A stretch of 64,000 nt of DNA. Origin: Felis catus. Lineage: Eukaryota. The DNA lies in NCBI RefSeq assembly GCF_018350175.1, contig NC_058368.1:16556001-16620000 (forward strand), read 5' to 3'. Positions 26,576-38,242 of the stretch are shown here, piece by piece. Position numbers and translations under genes: made by a program. The notes below the pieces were generated by a model. The model worked only from the letters and a program-made list of their open reading frames with translations. It was not told where the DNA came from and searched no databases. Each line of letters begins with the position of its first letter. The first letter of the stretch is position 1.

Positions 26576-29199
26576 CTGTAAATGCGACGTGGTGATTCCC
26601 AGCTTGTGACTCACGGAGCCTTGGTTGGTCACGGCCCCGTGACTCGAGAGTCCATTTGTAAGATCAGTTCAAGAGTGGCGTCCGCGCGGAATCTTCGCTG
26701 AGGGTTGTCCCCTTGAGACCCTCGGTTTCTACTGGACTTCCTTTATTTTCCGAGAGCCCTGGGGCGAGCTGTTGGTCCCCGACCTCATCTCAGCAGCTGC
26801 CTGCTCCATCCTCGGGCTGTGCAACAGATGAGTGGCAACCCTTTCTTCCCGTCCCAACCACGCGATGTGACACCTTCTGGGAGTCGGTGCCGGGCAGACT
26901 GAGAGGAGCACCCGTTTCTTCCCGAGGAATATTCCCCAAGGGAGCCGGGGGTAGGCGGCAAGCCGGCACTCACAGGCAGACTCCAACGCGCAAAATTAAA
27001 TTTCCCTTGTTGGTTATCCCTTTTCCCCCTCCTTTCCTTTGTAGGTCACCTGAGTTGAGTTTTTTGCGAAGATTTACAGAAGTAAAGAGGATATCGCTAG
27101 AGATCACCCACTGGTGTCATGTTCATGCTGCTTTTGTGGTTTTCTTTTAAATCACTTTTCTTATTTCTAAATTTCTCTTTAGTTTACGACTCTTCTCCTG
27201 GGTTGATCTCAAGCTCAGACCCGACTCCTAAATTTTTAGGAGCACTACTGCTAGATTATCCCCCTCCAAAAATACCAAAGTACACTGAGGCAAACCAGGT
27301 TCCTTTAAGATCTCTCCAGAAAACAAAGACAGGAACAACAACAAACAACAAAAATTCCCTTCCTTCCCTGAATCTCTTTTGACTCTCAAACACAAAAATA
27401 CATTAGCATCTTCAATTTTTTTTTTTTTAGTTTTCTTAATGTTAAATGATGGCTTTTATAACATGTTCGAGAACACATCTGTCTGTAGACGTGGTAATGA
27501 ACTTTATAATAAATACAAGTCTGCTTTCTATTTAACAAGGGAGGGGGCAATATATATGAAAGTAAGTCTGTTTTATACAATGCAACTGTAAATAGTTTTG
27601 TATTTTTTCAAGGAATAGCTCATCCTTCTATTCATCATCAGTAATTAAAATGTTTTAGTGCCTAAGAAAATAAAAGTGAAGCTAACATTTATTGATGTAA
27701 TGTTTTATCTTGGCCAGATAAACAAAATTCTGCATATTCTATTTGAGCGTGTCTTTAAAAATAACCCCTAATAGAATTACACATACTGGGATAAGTATAT
27801 GTCTTTAACATATATTTTAAAATATATTTAAAAGAAAGTGGACCAGTGAGAAGACACAGCTATTGATTAGAAATTAAGAACTTTACTTTGCAATCTTACC
27901 ATCTGTACGAAATAGTATACCCCTTCCTGCCTCTCTTAGGATATGTTTTTTTATAACAAATGCCATCTCTGCCATGGTGTTGGTGACATTTTGTCTATTT
28001 CCTCAATTTGTTTTTTCCATAAGTAATGTGCCTGTGAGTCTACAATAAATACAAAACAGAAAAGAACAGTGAGGAAAGCCATTTGAATGGGCTGTGTTTC
28101 CATGGGAAGAAGAATGTTCTATTGATCCCGGAACTTCATTTTCAACAGTTTCAGGTGATTATTGATTGCTAACCTCATGCCTCCTACTGAAATGATTAGC
28201 AATTATGGGGAAATTATTTGAAATCTATTTAAACAACACAGTGAACTGCATATACTACAGTCATCAGCAATAGAAGAAGGAAGGTTTGTTTGTGGTTTTT
28301 GTTTACATTTTCAAAATACGAATTTGGCATCATTCCACAAACCTGCAAATGCAATTCACTTAAAATGCAATTCATCGAAGCCAAAGAAATTTACAAGAAA
28401 ATGTTATACGCTTACTGGAAATTTCTTTTTAGTACCTTAGTCAGAAAAACAAGAAAGCGTTCTTGTTTTGACATTAGCAAGAGACAAGTGACCCAAGAAA
28501 TGATAACAGTAAAAGAATTCTCTCCAGTGCCAGTTCATAGTTTAAATACATCATGGAAATAGAATTTCAATACAAGAATTTCTAATACAAGAAACTCGAC
28601 TTTCAACTTAATTTCTGAAATTATACTTCCACTTAGAAGCTTATATGTAGCGTGTGAAGCCTTTTTTTCCAGAGCAGCTATATCTCAGACTCAGAGGCAA
28701 TCACAGAGGCAGGTATTCGGAAAATGAAGTTCTGCACATGTATCTCAATCATGATTTTATGTGGTGGTACTTTGTATATAATGATGCTATCATCAGATAC
28801 ATGATAATGGATTTTTCTTATCTTAGGCAAATTTGGGAAATAGGTGAACATTGTCTTTGGAGCCCATGTAAGCTATCTTCAACCTGTAGGACCAGGACTT
28901 CCCCCTGTTCTGCATGAGGGCTTACCCAAAGGCCCTCACTAAAGGGCTTGAGGTCTGTCACCTTGCCTTGTTCATAGTGGCTCCTGCTTCAAGTTTTGGG
29001 ATCCCTTGTTTGCCATCAGTTGTACCTAGGCTTTGATCTAATCCACATGGACCATGCTATCAACACAACTTTTTAGCTGCCTTTAAATTTTTAAAAATAT
29101 TTTCTAAGTTACTAAGTTTCCTTTAAAAATTACTTAATAATTCAGTATACATTTCTATGAACTACTTTATTCTCAAGTCTTGTAAATGTGGTTTGTTTT

Positions 29200-29830
29200 T
29201 ATAGTATTATCCCCTGTTGTAAGACTTTGTTGGAAAGACTTTGCACACACATTTTTGTCTAAACATCACATTTTGTCCTCCGAGTAGATTCTTAGAAATA
29301 GAACTAGCACATCAAAGTGCAAGAATATTTTAAAACTCATGATACATATTACATATGTTTTATTGAGCCCTTGTTAACACAGGGTATACATAATCTTCTT
29401 TTCCCTCACTTCTTTCTGTATTTTTATTAACTTGCTATTTTTGAAAAGTGGCATCTCAGTCTAATGAGTTGTATTATTAGAAAATGTGACTTTTATATAC
29501 TTTTTAATGCTTTTGTATTTGTTTCTTTTCTTGTGAGTTTATATGCTTTTCAATATGTGTAGGGTTCAATACTTGTAGGGTTTTTTTTTGCTGTTTTCCC
29601 CATTTGATTTGTAATAGGTCTTAATATAATAAGAACATTAATATAACATTTACAGTAGATATTGCTTATTTTTTATTTACTGTTAAAATGTTGGGTAGTG
29701 CTGTTTGTTTTAAAAAAGGTTTAATTCTTGTATACTTTAAACTACCACATTTTCCCTGAATAGTTTATTTTAGTACTTTAATATTTTAAAGCCTTTCCCC
29801 CTTTTATGTTCACCAATTTTTTAAGCATTT
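29200..29830 (-). mobile_element. Very old L1M (L1ME-like) fragment
   Basis: T-rich block with GAGTAGATTCTTAGAAATAGAACTAGCACATCAAAG resembling antisense L1 ORF2 end. Confidence 0.5.
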
Positions 29831-29847
29831 GTTTTAACAATTTCATT

Positions 29848-30035
29848 CTTTTTTGAAATATTTATTTAGTTTTACACAAGCAGGGGAGGGGCAGAGAGAG
29901 GCGGTCAGAAGATCTGAAGCAGGCTCTGTGCTGATAGGCTCACAGCAGCGATCCTGATGTGGGGCTGGAACCCACGAACCGCGAGATAATGACCTAAGCT
30001 GAAGTCCTCAACTGACTGAGCCACCCAGGTGCCCC
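29848..30035 (-). mobile_element. Can-SINE
   Basis: Ends CTGAGCCACCCAGGTGCCCC; flanked by AATTTCATT repeats. Confidence 0.95.
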
Positions 30036-30061
30036 TTCATAATTTCATTTCATTTCTTATA

Positions 30062-30276
30062 GGGGCGCCTGGGTGGCTCAGTCAGTTAAGCGTCCAACTT
30101 CAGCTCAGGTCATGATCTCATGGTTGGTGAGTTCAAGCTACACGTGGGGCTCTGTACTGACAGCTTAGAGCCTGAAGCCTGATTGGGATTCTGTGTCTCC
30201 CTCTCTCTTTGCCCCTCCCCTGCTTGCACTCTGTCTCCTTCTCAACAAGAAATAAACATTAAAAAATTAAAAAATA
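30062..30276 (+). mobile_element. Can-SINE
   Basis: GGGGCGCCTGGGTGGCTCAG head; TSD ATTTCATTTCTTATA at 30047-30061 and 30277-30291. Confidence 0.96.
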
Positions 30277-30361
30277 ATTTCATTTCTTATACAATTACTT
30301 AGTTATTAATTTTATGGATTCTATAGAGTAATGGCACCTATGTCTGAAATCCCAATCTTAA

Positions 30362-31015
30362 CATTCATTCAACAAATATTTATGGAGTCTGTCTTAAGTG
30401 TACTAGGTGCTTAGTATACATCTGTGAACAAAACAGATGAGATCCTGTTCTTGTGGAGCTTCTGCTTTAGGGAAGACAAACCAAAAGTATTAAGTATATT
30501 AAATAAGTAAATTACATACAGTATTTGAGAGTGATTCAAAGGACAGGGTGTGGGGATTAGAAGAGCCAGTGGGAGCAGACGGTGATGGTGGGTTGCAGTT
30601 TTAGACAAGTGTCAGTAATATGGAGACATCGAAGACCTGAATGTTAGGGACCTGGCTATGGGATTAATTGGAGGAGCAGTTCCAGGTAGAGGTAATGTGA
30701 TCTGATTTGTGTTTCAAATGATTATTCTGGTTGCTTCATTGGGAATAGACTGTGGCGAAGCAAGGGGGAAGGCAGGGAGACCACTGAGGAGCCTACTGAA
30801 ACAAACCAGGGAATGTGGAATGGACCAACTTAGAGCCAGAGGAAATTTCCAAAACGTTTGTATGCAAGCCATGAGTAAGAAGAATTCAGGATAGCCATAA
30901 GATTTTTGGCTTGAGTAGCTAGATGACTCTGAGTAAATCATGTTCTGAGAAGAAGATGTCAGAGGATGGGATATGTTTTTAAGGGGGAAGGTTAGGAATT
31001 TGCTTGTAGAAAGTC
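30362..31015 (-). mobile_element. L2 3' region
   Basis: CATTCATTCAACAAATATTTATGGAG... GTGAACAAAACAGA... CTTGTGGAGCTT, reverse complement of the L2 3' end. Confidence 0.82.
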
Positions 31016-31029
31016 TGAGATCGTTACTG

Positions 31030-31200
31030 GAACACTTATAAGCTGTGTGACCTTGGACAATGTTACTTAACATCTATCTTTTCTTGTTTGTGAAAGAGTG
31101 AAGTAATCATGCCTACCTCATAGGCTTGTTGTGAGGACCAAAGCACTTTTATATGTAAAGCACTTAGAGCAGTGATCAACACACAGTATACAATATGTAC
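31030..31200 (+). mobile_element. MIR
   Basis: CACTTATAAGCTGTGTGACCTTGGACAATGTTACTTAAC... CCTACCTCATAGGCTTGTTGTGAGGA... TATGTAAAGCACTTAGAGCAGTG. Confidence 0.85.
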
Positions 31201-32669
31201 GTTTTGTCTACTAACGGTATCACATTTAATTATAACATACCTGGGAATTATTTTCGCATGTATTATTAAATGAAGAGGTAACTGTTTCTGTTTTGCAAAA
31301 TAGGGAACCAGAACTATTTATTATAACTAGCAGATCATGAATTAATGCTTCCTTCCTCACTGATTATGTGATTTTATTATAAAAAAAATATTTTGCCAAT
31401 GCCTCTTTCTGAGCTATCTATTCTTTTCCACTGACACCTCCATTTTCATGAATTAACCCCAAATCACCATTTGTCTCCTTCCCTATCCTTTTGGGAGTTG
31501 GTGATTTGCTAATTCCCACAGCTGGCCCGCTGGCGTTGGGCATCGCCTCCGTCTGTTCTAATGCCCAGCCAGATACAGCTAGGGAGGGCCGTGATAAGGC
31601 TGACAGGAACCAGTATCTGTACGGTGCTTGTAATAGGGATAAGCACATACTCATGCTCAGTAAATATGAACTGCTGTCAGCACTCTCAGTGCCCATCAGT
31701 GAATGAGGCTCAGGAATAACCGTTTACCCTCTTACCCCCAGACAGGAGCCATGTCGCACATAGTACACTGCGGACTCTGAGCCCAAGCCCGCCCTGCTTC
31801 CCCCGGCACTTCTGCGCTCTGACCTGGAAACACTTCACAGCACGGCAGTTCAACTTTATAAACTACTGTTCCACAAATGCCTTCTTAATTAGGTTCTAGA
31901 CATTGCCGTCTCTTGCTAGATCTAGAATGGAAGTAAGTACCACAGAGGGAACCGAGAGACATTTTGGCCTCTCAAGGAACAAGTGGTAGAATAGCATAGG
32001 ATCACTTCCCTAATGGATACCAAATGTATACACTAATGTATAAATGGGCACCAATTTCGTAAAAGGAAGCAGATGCTGAGAAGGGACTAAGGGGCCTTCC
32101 AACCTTCAGGAGGATAGGCTTGCATAATTCCTTAAGCAGAGCACTAACGGGACAAATTTTGTTGCACAATCCATGTTCTATTATTTTTTAATTTAGTACA
32201 AATCCTTCCACATTCTGGTGATAGGGCAACAGTCCTACGTAATTTCAACATTGTTATAAAATCTCTGTTCTGAGACGTGAATTTGGGGGATGTTAAGAGA
32301 AGTTGTAAAAGGGCTGCTAGCTAGATGCTATCTTAAGCTGGACCATTTTACCCAATCTTTAAAATCAGACTATTCTTGAAAAAGGCAGTAAAAAGAGCAC
32401 GTAGTTATTGACTAGAGACAGGTCTTCTTAACAACTGTATGCCTTGAGTTATCTGGGTCGTCACTGTTTTCCTATAAGGATTATAAGTTCCTGAGAAAAT
32501 AAGTGAATGTTAAATGGAAAGGTTCTTATCTACCTTTCAGTATCAAATGAAATAATATGTCAGGAAATAATACTTAGGCTATGGCTTATGCCTAACCCAT
32601 TGAAGGAACCCAATTACTGTTGAGTGATCAGCCTTTAGCTTCTAGTCGATTGGTAAGACTATATTAACA

Positions 32670-32860
32670 GGGGTGCCTGGGTGGCTCAGTCAGTTAAGCA
32701 TCCAACTCTTGATTTTGGTTCAGGTCATGATCTCACGGTTTGTGGCTTTGCGCTGAGATTGTGGAGCCTGCTTGGGATTCTCTCTTTCCCTCTCTCTCTG
32801 CCCCTCCCCTGCTTGTGATCTGTCTATTAAAATAAATAAATAAACATTGAAAAAAAAAGA
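32670..32860 (+). mobile_element. Can-SINE
   Basis: GGGGTGCCTGGGTGGCTCAG head, (CT)n linker, A tail. Confidence 0.95.
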
Positions 32861-32904
32861 ATCCATCAACAGATCAAATGACTTTTAGAAGTCGGTGAAA
32901 TGGA

Positions 32905-33055
32905 CAATATGGTACAATGGGCAAGGACACATATTCTCCAGCTCAACTGCCAAGGTTGGAATTCAAGCTCTGCCATTTACTGGTTGGTATGACTTTGGGC
33001 ATACCACCTAACTCCTTTACTTCAGTTTATTTCTAAAATGGGACGAGTACCTTCT
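32905..33055 (+). mobile_element. MIR
   Basis: GGTTGGAATTCAAGCTCTGCCATTTACTGG... GACTTTGGGC... CAGTTTATTTCTAAAATGGGA. Confidence 0.7.
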
Positions 33056-33639
33056 CCATCTCTTTAAATAATTGTAAATTAATAAATATAAATTACCGTA
33101 CTACCATTATAAGGGTTACATGTTTATTTTTTACTTTCAATAGAAATATGTCCATATTCTGATTTTTTTACAGAGTATGAAGCTGCTTCTTGAAATGTTA
33201 ATAAAAATGTGGTCTATTCAAGAAAGTTGAGGCCGATTTTGATGAAATTCTCACAATGCATCAGGAGAGAACAAAGTAGAGTAGAGGTTTGCAATTTAGC
33301 TGTGAATTTAAGCAGAGAAAAGAGCAAATTCAAGGAACTCAGAAATGCAAGAGCAATTCAGTCCTGGATTGTCTGGATTGTCTGTCCTTCCAAATCCACT
33401 GGACAAACCGGCCCCCACTGTGAAGGAAACAGTACCAGGCAAATTACGTCATTGGGGGAGTGCTGAGTTCTTAATTTTTAGAAAAATAACTTCGAGGTTT
33501 CAACACACAGATACACCTTTGTCCTTAGAGGTAAGAAACTTGGGTTTCTAAATATCTTAGCTTTTATGAGTTCTTTGTGATGTAAGGTTTTAAATTATTT
33601 CTTTTTTTTTCGAGTGCTCATTATTGTATGATGTCTAAA

Positions 33640-34120
33640 ATGCATAGGCTTTAGAGTCAGAATACCTGGATTCAAATCCTGCCTTTACCCTTCCCTAACA
33701 AAGTGATCTTGGGCCAGAAAAACTTAACCATTCTGTAACTCTGGTTCTTTTTTTGTTTTTTAATATTTAAAACAATTTTTTAAACATTTATTTATTATTG
33801 AGAGACAGAGAGAGATAGAGCATGAGCATGGGAGGGACAGAGAGAGGAAGAGACACAGAATCTGAAGCAAGCTCCAGGCTCTGAGCTGTCAGCACAGAGT
33901 CCGATGCAAGGCTTGAACCCATGAACTGTGAGACCATGACCTGAGCCGAAGTCGGACTCTTAACTGGCTGAGCCACCCAGGTGCCCCAACTTTGGTTCTT
34001 CGTTTGGCAAATGGACAGAATAATAATGGACATAATAATTTCTTTCTACAATTGTTATGAACATAAATTGTGGTGACATTTGTAAAGCACAAAATAGGAG
34101 TTCAATAGATGTACTAAATT
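33640..34120 (+). mobile_element. MIR interrupted by a Can-SINE
   Basis: GGCTTTAGAGTCAGAATACCTGGATTCAAATCCTG... resumes after the SINE through TGTAAAGCAC. Confidence 0.75.
33750..33987 (-). mobile_element. Can-SINE
   Basis: TSD AACT(C/T)TGGTTCTT at 33737-33749 and 33988-34000. Confidence 0.96.
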
Positions 34121-34781
34121 TTATTCTTCTTTTCAATGCAAGAAACTTACTTTAAGAGCTTCTGAAAAGAACAATACACAGCATAATATGTAAGCCCTAA
34201 AACTATAGTTTTCGTATGAGTGCAAATTAAGTGAAGAAAACCAGTGAAAAAATAATCAACTTTACTTATAAGAGGACACAAATATTCCTCTATACACGTG
34301 ATAAATATATGGAGTTTAACTATTCTCACTGCTTAAAAGCAATTGCCAAAGATTTGTTATTGAAGCCAACCATGGCTTCTGACCTGGTAATACGTGTGTC
34401 TATCAAACCTGCTGCCCATGATGGAATCTGGGTCTCTCTATTTGTTTAATTCTTTCTCATCCAAAAGCAATGGAATTCTTCTTTGACAAGTATATATGCC
34501 ATCAAAGAAGTACACCCCCTTCCTAATTGTCCAATCATGGCACTGACTTCTCTATGCTATCATTTTGAAAGAACACAAATTGCTTTTGTTGAGTTACTCA
34601 TGACCCTTTATAATTTCACTTCTTTGTGGAGTAATCAGCTCATTACAGTTTTCCATAGACATTCTTGGTTTTAGCCCCGAAAGTCCTGCAACCCTTCAAA
34701 GTCCTCAGTCCTAGGCAAGTCAGGATGGTTGCGTACCTGACTTCTTTGTTGACAACCACAATCTAAAACAACTTCTTTTCA

Positions 34782-34935
34782 GGGGCGGCTCAGTTGGTTA
34801 AGAGTCTGACTTCGGTTCAGGTCATGATCTCACAGTTTGTGAGTTCAAACCCTGCATCAGGCTCTGTGCTGACAGCTTGGAGCCTGGAGCCTGCTTCTGA
34901 TTCTGTGTCTCCTTAAATAAACATTTAAAAAAAAA
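34782..34935 (+). mobile_element. Can-SINE with internal deletions (cluster element A)
   Basis: GGGGCGGCTCAG head lacking CCTGGGT; TTCTTTTCAG on both sides. Confidence 0.92.
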
Positions 34936-34944
34936 TTCTTTTCA

Positions 34945-35367
34945 GGGTGCATGGGTAGCTCAGTCAGTTGAACATTCAACTGTTGATTTCAGCTTAGGTC
35001 ATAATCCCAGGGTCATGGTATGAAGCCCTGCATCAGGCTCTGGGCTGAACATGGAGCCTGTTTAAGATTCTCTCTTGGAGCACCTGGGTGACTCAGTCGG
35101 TTGAGTGTCCAACTCTTGGTTTCAGCTCAGGTCATGATCTTGTGGTTTCATGAGTTTGAGCCCCAGATCAGGCTCTGAGCTGGTAGCATGGAGCCTACTT
35201 GAGATTCTCTCTCCTTTCCCTCTGCCCCTCCCTGACTCACGCTGTCTCTGTCTCTCTCAAAATAAATAAATAAACTTTAAAAAAAGTAAAAAAATATTCT
35301 CTCTCTCTCTCTTTTCTTCTCCCCCACTTGCACATGTTTGCTCTCTCTCTCTCTTTTAAAAAAAAAA
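34945..35367 (+). mobile_element. Can-SINE (cluster element B), split by nested element C
   Basis: Head at 34945; body stops at ~35075; (CT)n and A tail resume at ~35305-35367. Confidence 0.88.
35077..35292 (+). mobile_element. Can-SINE (cluster element C) nested in B
   Basis: Complete head-to-tail copy; flanks AAGATTCTCTCT (35064-35075) and AATATTCTCTCT (35293-35304). Confidence 0.92.
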
Positions 35368-36706
35368 TCTTTTGTCTCTGAATTTCCATGCAATATGCCT
35401 AGCATGTTACATTCATTTGGTACTAACAGGCTTCATACTTTGTCACGTATAAAAAGTTTTACTGCCTTAGTAGATTTAAATTTCTCAAAGATACAACATG
35501 ATGTACATAAATTTTACATGTGGATTGAAGACAGTGGGCCTGAATTCAGACACCACTCAATGTATTAGCTTGGCAATTTTAACTAACTGTTTTTTAAATG
35601 TGAATTTTTTTATTTATGAAAGAATAATAGCAACAGTAACAGATACGGCTATCAGTCTATAAACTCAGTTGAGAACAACATTTAAAAATATCATATTTTT
35701 AAATATATGTCCGTCCTAAATACAAGGTAAAACTCTATTTTTCTCCTTAATAGGTTTGAAAAAATTGTTTTTGTCAATTAGAATATAAAACATAGATAAA
35801 ATAGAAAAACGTCTACTTATATTTAATTTATGAATTCACCTGTGCACACATTTGAAATCGTATTATATGAAATAAAAATATTTTAAAATATTGCTTTTGT
35901 CTGTTTTTATATTTCATGAAACAATTAAATTCTTCATCTGTACTTTCAAAATAAGTTTCCTAGTCATCATTAGACACATTACTTAAAAATCTAACAGTTT
36001 ATAGAAAACCTTATTTCCATTTCCATTTAAATTCTTAGAGATATATAGAGCCCTTTTGAATACACTCTATGTGTGAAGCTGTCCCTGAAAAGTTTACCTC
36101 AAGAATCCACTCATATAACATGAGAAAAGTTTTCTTTCATTCTTTAAAAATCATCATGTATACTGCTGATTTGTGCAAAACAAAAACAAGTAATGCTTTT
36201 TAATAATATAAGCTTAATTTACAATGTTACTGAACACAAATTATGAACATATATTCCTAGAAATAATTACTACTATCTGTCCTGTCTTTCTCTGTCTTCT
36301 TTTTTTTTTTTTTTTTTTTTTTGCCGATGACTCTAACTGGTGAGTGCTATCCATGATCTTCATTGACTGGGATTATCTAAGATTAATTTGCATTTCCTAA
36401 ATATTATTTTTTATTTCATTAATCAAAATGAGGTCATTAAGAGAACTCCCAATCTCACCAACTGCATTGTATGAAAAGCTACTTGAAGACTCTGAAAGGG
36501 GTTATTATTCCTTTTCTGACATTGCATATTGAAGGATACACAGGGAAATAAAATGGATACAATTGCATTACATAGTACATGTAGTCATGCTGAAAACGAT
36601 ATTAAATGCCAAAGTAGCTATTTTCTTGTGTCTTCAGTTTTTTTCTGATTGCACCAGTCTTCGTATTTCATTTGGAAGAAAATACAGTAGTTATTAGTTC
36701 TGGCTA

Positions 36707-36806
36707 AGGGAGAGGGAGAGGGGAGAGGAAGAGGAAGGAAGGGGAGAGGAGAGACTTAAAGGAAAGAGGGAAGGGAGGGGGGAAGGGAGAGGAAAAGGAA
36801 GGAAAG
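36707..36806. repeat. Polypurine (GA-rich) low-complexity tract
   Basis: About 100 bp almost entirely G and A. Confidence 0.9.
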
Positions 36807-37463
36807 ATCGGGCCTCTAGACATCTTCGAAATAGTTTACCCCTGCCCAGTGAGTCAAGCTCTCTCAAACTCTTTGAAAAATGTAACGGATAAAAACATTC
36901 TCATTTCTCACTGAATTGATGCATTTTATTATTACTTGACTATGTAATAGTGATTCCATATCAGTGGTGTCACTTTTCTGCCAGAGGTCCCTTGAGATGA
37001 ATTCAAGTTGGCTATTGTAAATGTGTCCTCTGCCATGTCTTGTCACAGCCTGGTGTCAGCTGTGACGAGCTCATTGTCCAGACGTACATCTTTGATGCAC
37101 CAAAATGTAATCAAGCACCTCAGTTTCTCTAAAAAGAGAAATGTCATGTTGGTGTCTTGCTTGTTCCTTTTGGGGTATCTTTTCCTTTTATGAGAAAATA
37201 TAAACTTGATCTACATGAATAGAAAGACAGGGTTTTGCTGGTTTTGTTTGCAAGGGGGTTGGACATGTGTGTGAATAGCCATAGAAATTGGTCTTCATCA
37301 GAAGGAAAAGCCGTGTCCTTCCCGAGACAAATTTAATGCTACCTACAAATTATGCGTCAACATGTTACAATTATTTTTATTTTTGAAATGTTTTAAATTT
37401 TAGGAAAATAGCTGATTTTCTAAAGAATTTAAGTACCTATTAGGTACTGCAAAATATACTTGT

Positions 37464-37668
37464 TTTATTTTGTTTTGAAGTTTATTTATTTATTCTGAGA
37501 GAGAAAGAGAGTGCGAGTGGGGAAGGGGCAGAGAGAGGGGGAGAGAGAGAATCCCAAGCAGGAGCCCTGCTGTCAGCCCAGAGCTTGACACCCGGGGCTT
37601 GGTTTCAGGAACGGAGAACGAGAGATCAAGGGTCAGACACTTAATCGAGGGAGCCAGCCAGGCACCCC
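37464..37668 (-). mobile_element. Can-SINE (diverged)
   Basis: Ends GAGCCAGCCAGGCACCCC; degenerate flanking repeat ACTGCAAAAT(A/G)TA(C/T)TTGT. Confidence 0.92.
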
Positions 37669-38070
37669 AATAACTGCAAAATGTATTTGTAAAGATAACA
37701 AGGCCTTAATATTTATGTAAAGTCAGGTAGCATAAACAGAGGTTTTTTATGCCACATGTGGTAAACCTGAGTGGTCCTGGCAAAATGTGATAAACCTTAA
37801 GTTTCTTGTCTACAACTTGCAAGTAACAGCATCTTACGTGATAATGTCACAAAATGTTAATTATGTGAGTGAAACATTCCTGCAAAATATAGAGAACTAA
37901 TTTATCTATTTTCCATTTAAATAATTTTATATCTTATTTAAGCACATGAATTTTGTCCTGTACCAACTTTCATTTCAAGGTTATTAACCACATGTAGTAG
38001 AACAAGCTTCAAAGGCTTTTATAATAAAATGCCCATGTATAGGACGAAGCTTGTTTTTCAGAAGTAGTAA

Positions 38071-38242
38071 ATATAGTATACTTTTATATATTTATAGTAT
38101 TTTTATAGTATTACTTTTATAGCATTTATATTTTTATAGTATTACTATTACTTTTATAGTATTTATAGTATTACTAATTTATAGTATTTTTATATTATAT
38201 ATAGTATAGTATTTTATAGTATTATATACTTTTATAGTATTA
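38071..38242. repeat. AT-rich degenerate tandem repeat with core TTTATAGTATT
   Basis: Many imperfect copies of TTTTATAGTATT(A). Confidence 0.9.

Larger units (their letters stand above)
25330..27000. promoter_or_regulatory. CpG island, probable promoter and first-exon region
   Basis: Abrupt GC- and CpG-rich block in AT-rich surroundings; GC boxes (GGGCGG/CCGCCC), CCAAT at ~25389 and ~26487, TGACTCA at ~25678 and 26607-26613. Confidence 0.9.

Noticed and set aside
25330..27000. Assigning a gene symbol to the promoter
   Set aside because: No coding sequence or UTR that I recognise; naming a gene would be a guess.
24839..27150. Long overlapping ORFs of 100-203 aa in and near the CpG island
   Set aside because: They are Pro/Gly/Arg/Ala-rich frames on both strands, as expected from stop-codon scarcity in GC-rich DNA, with no recognisable domain.
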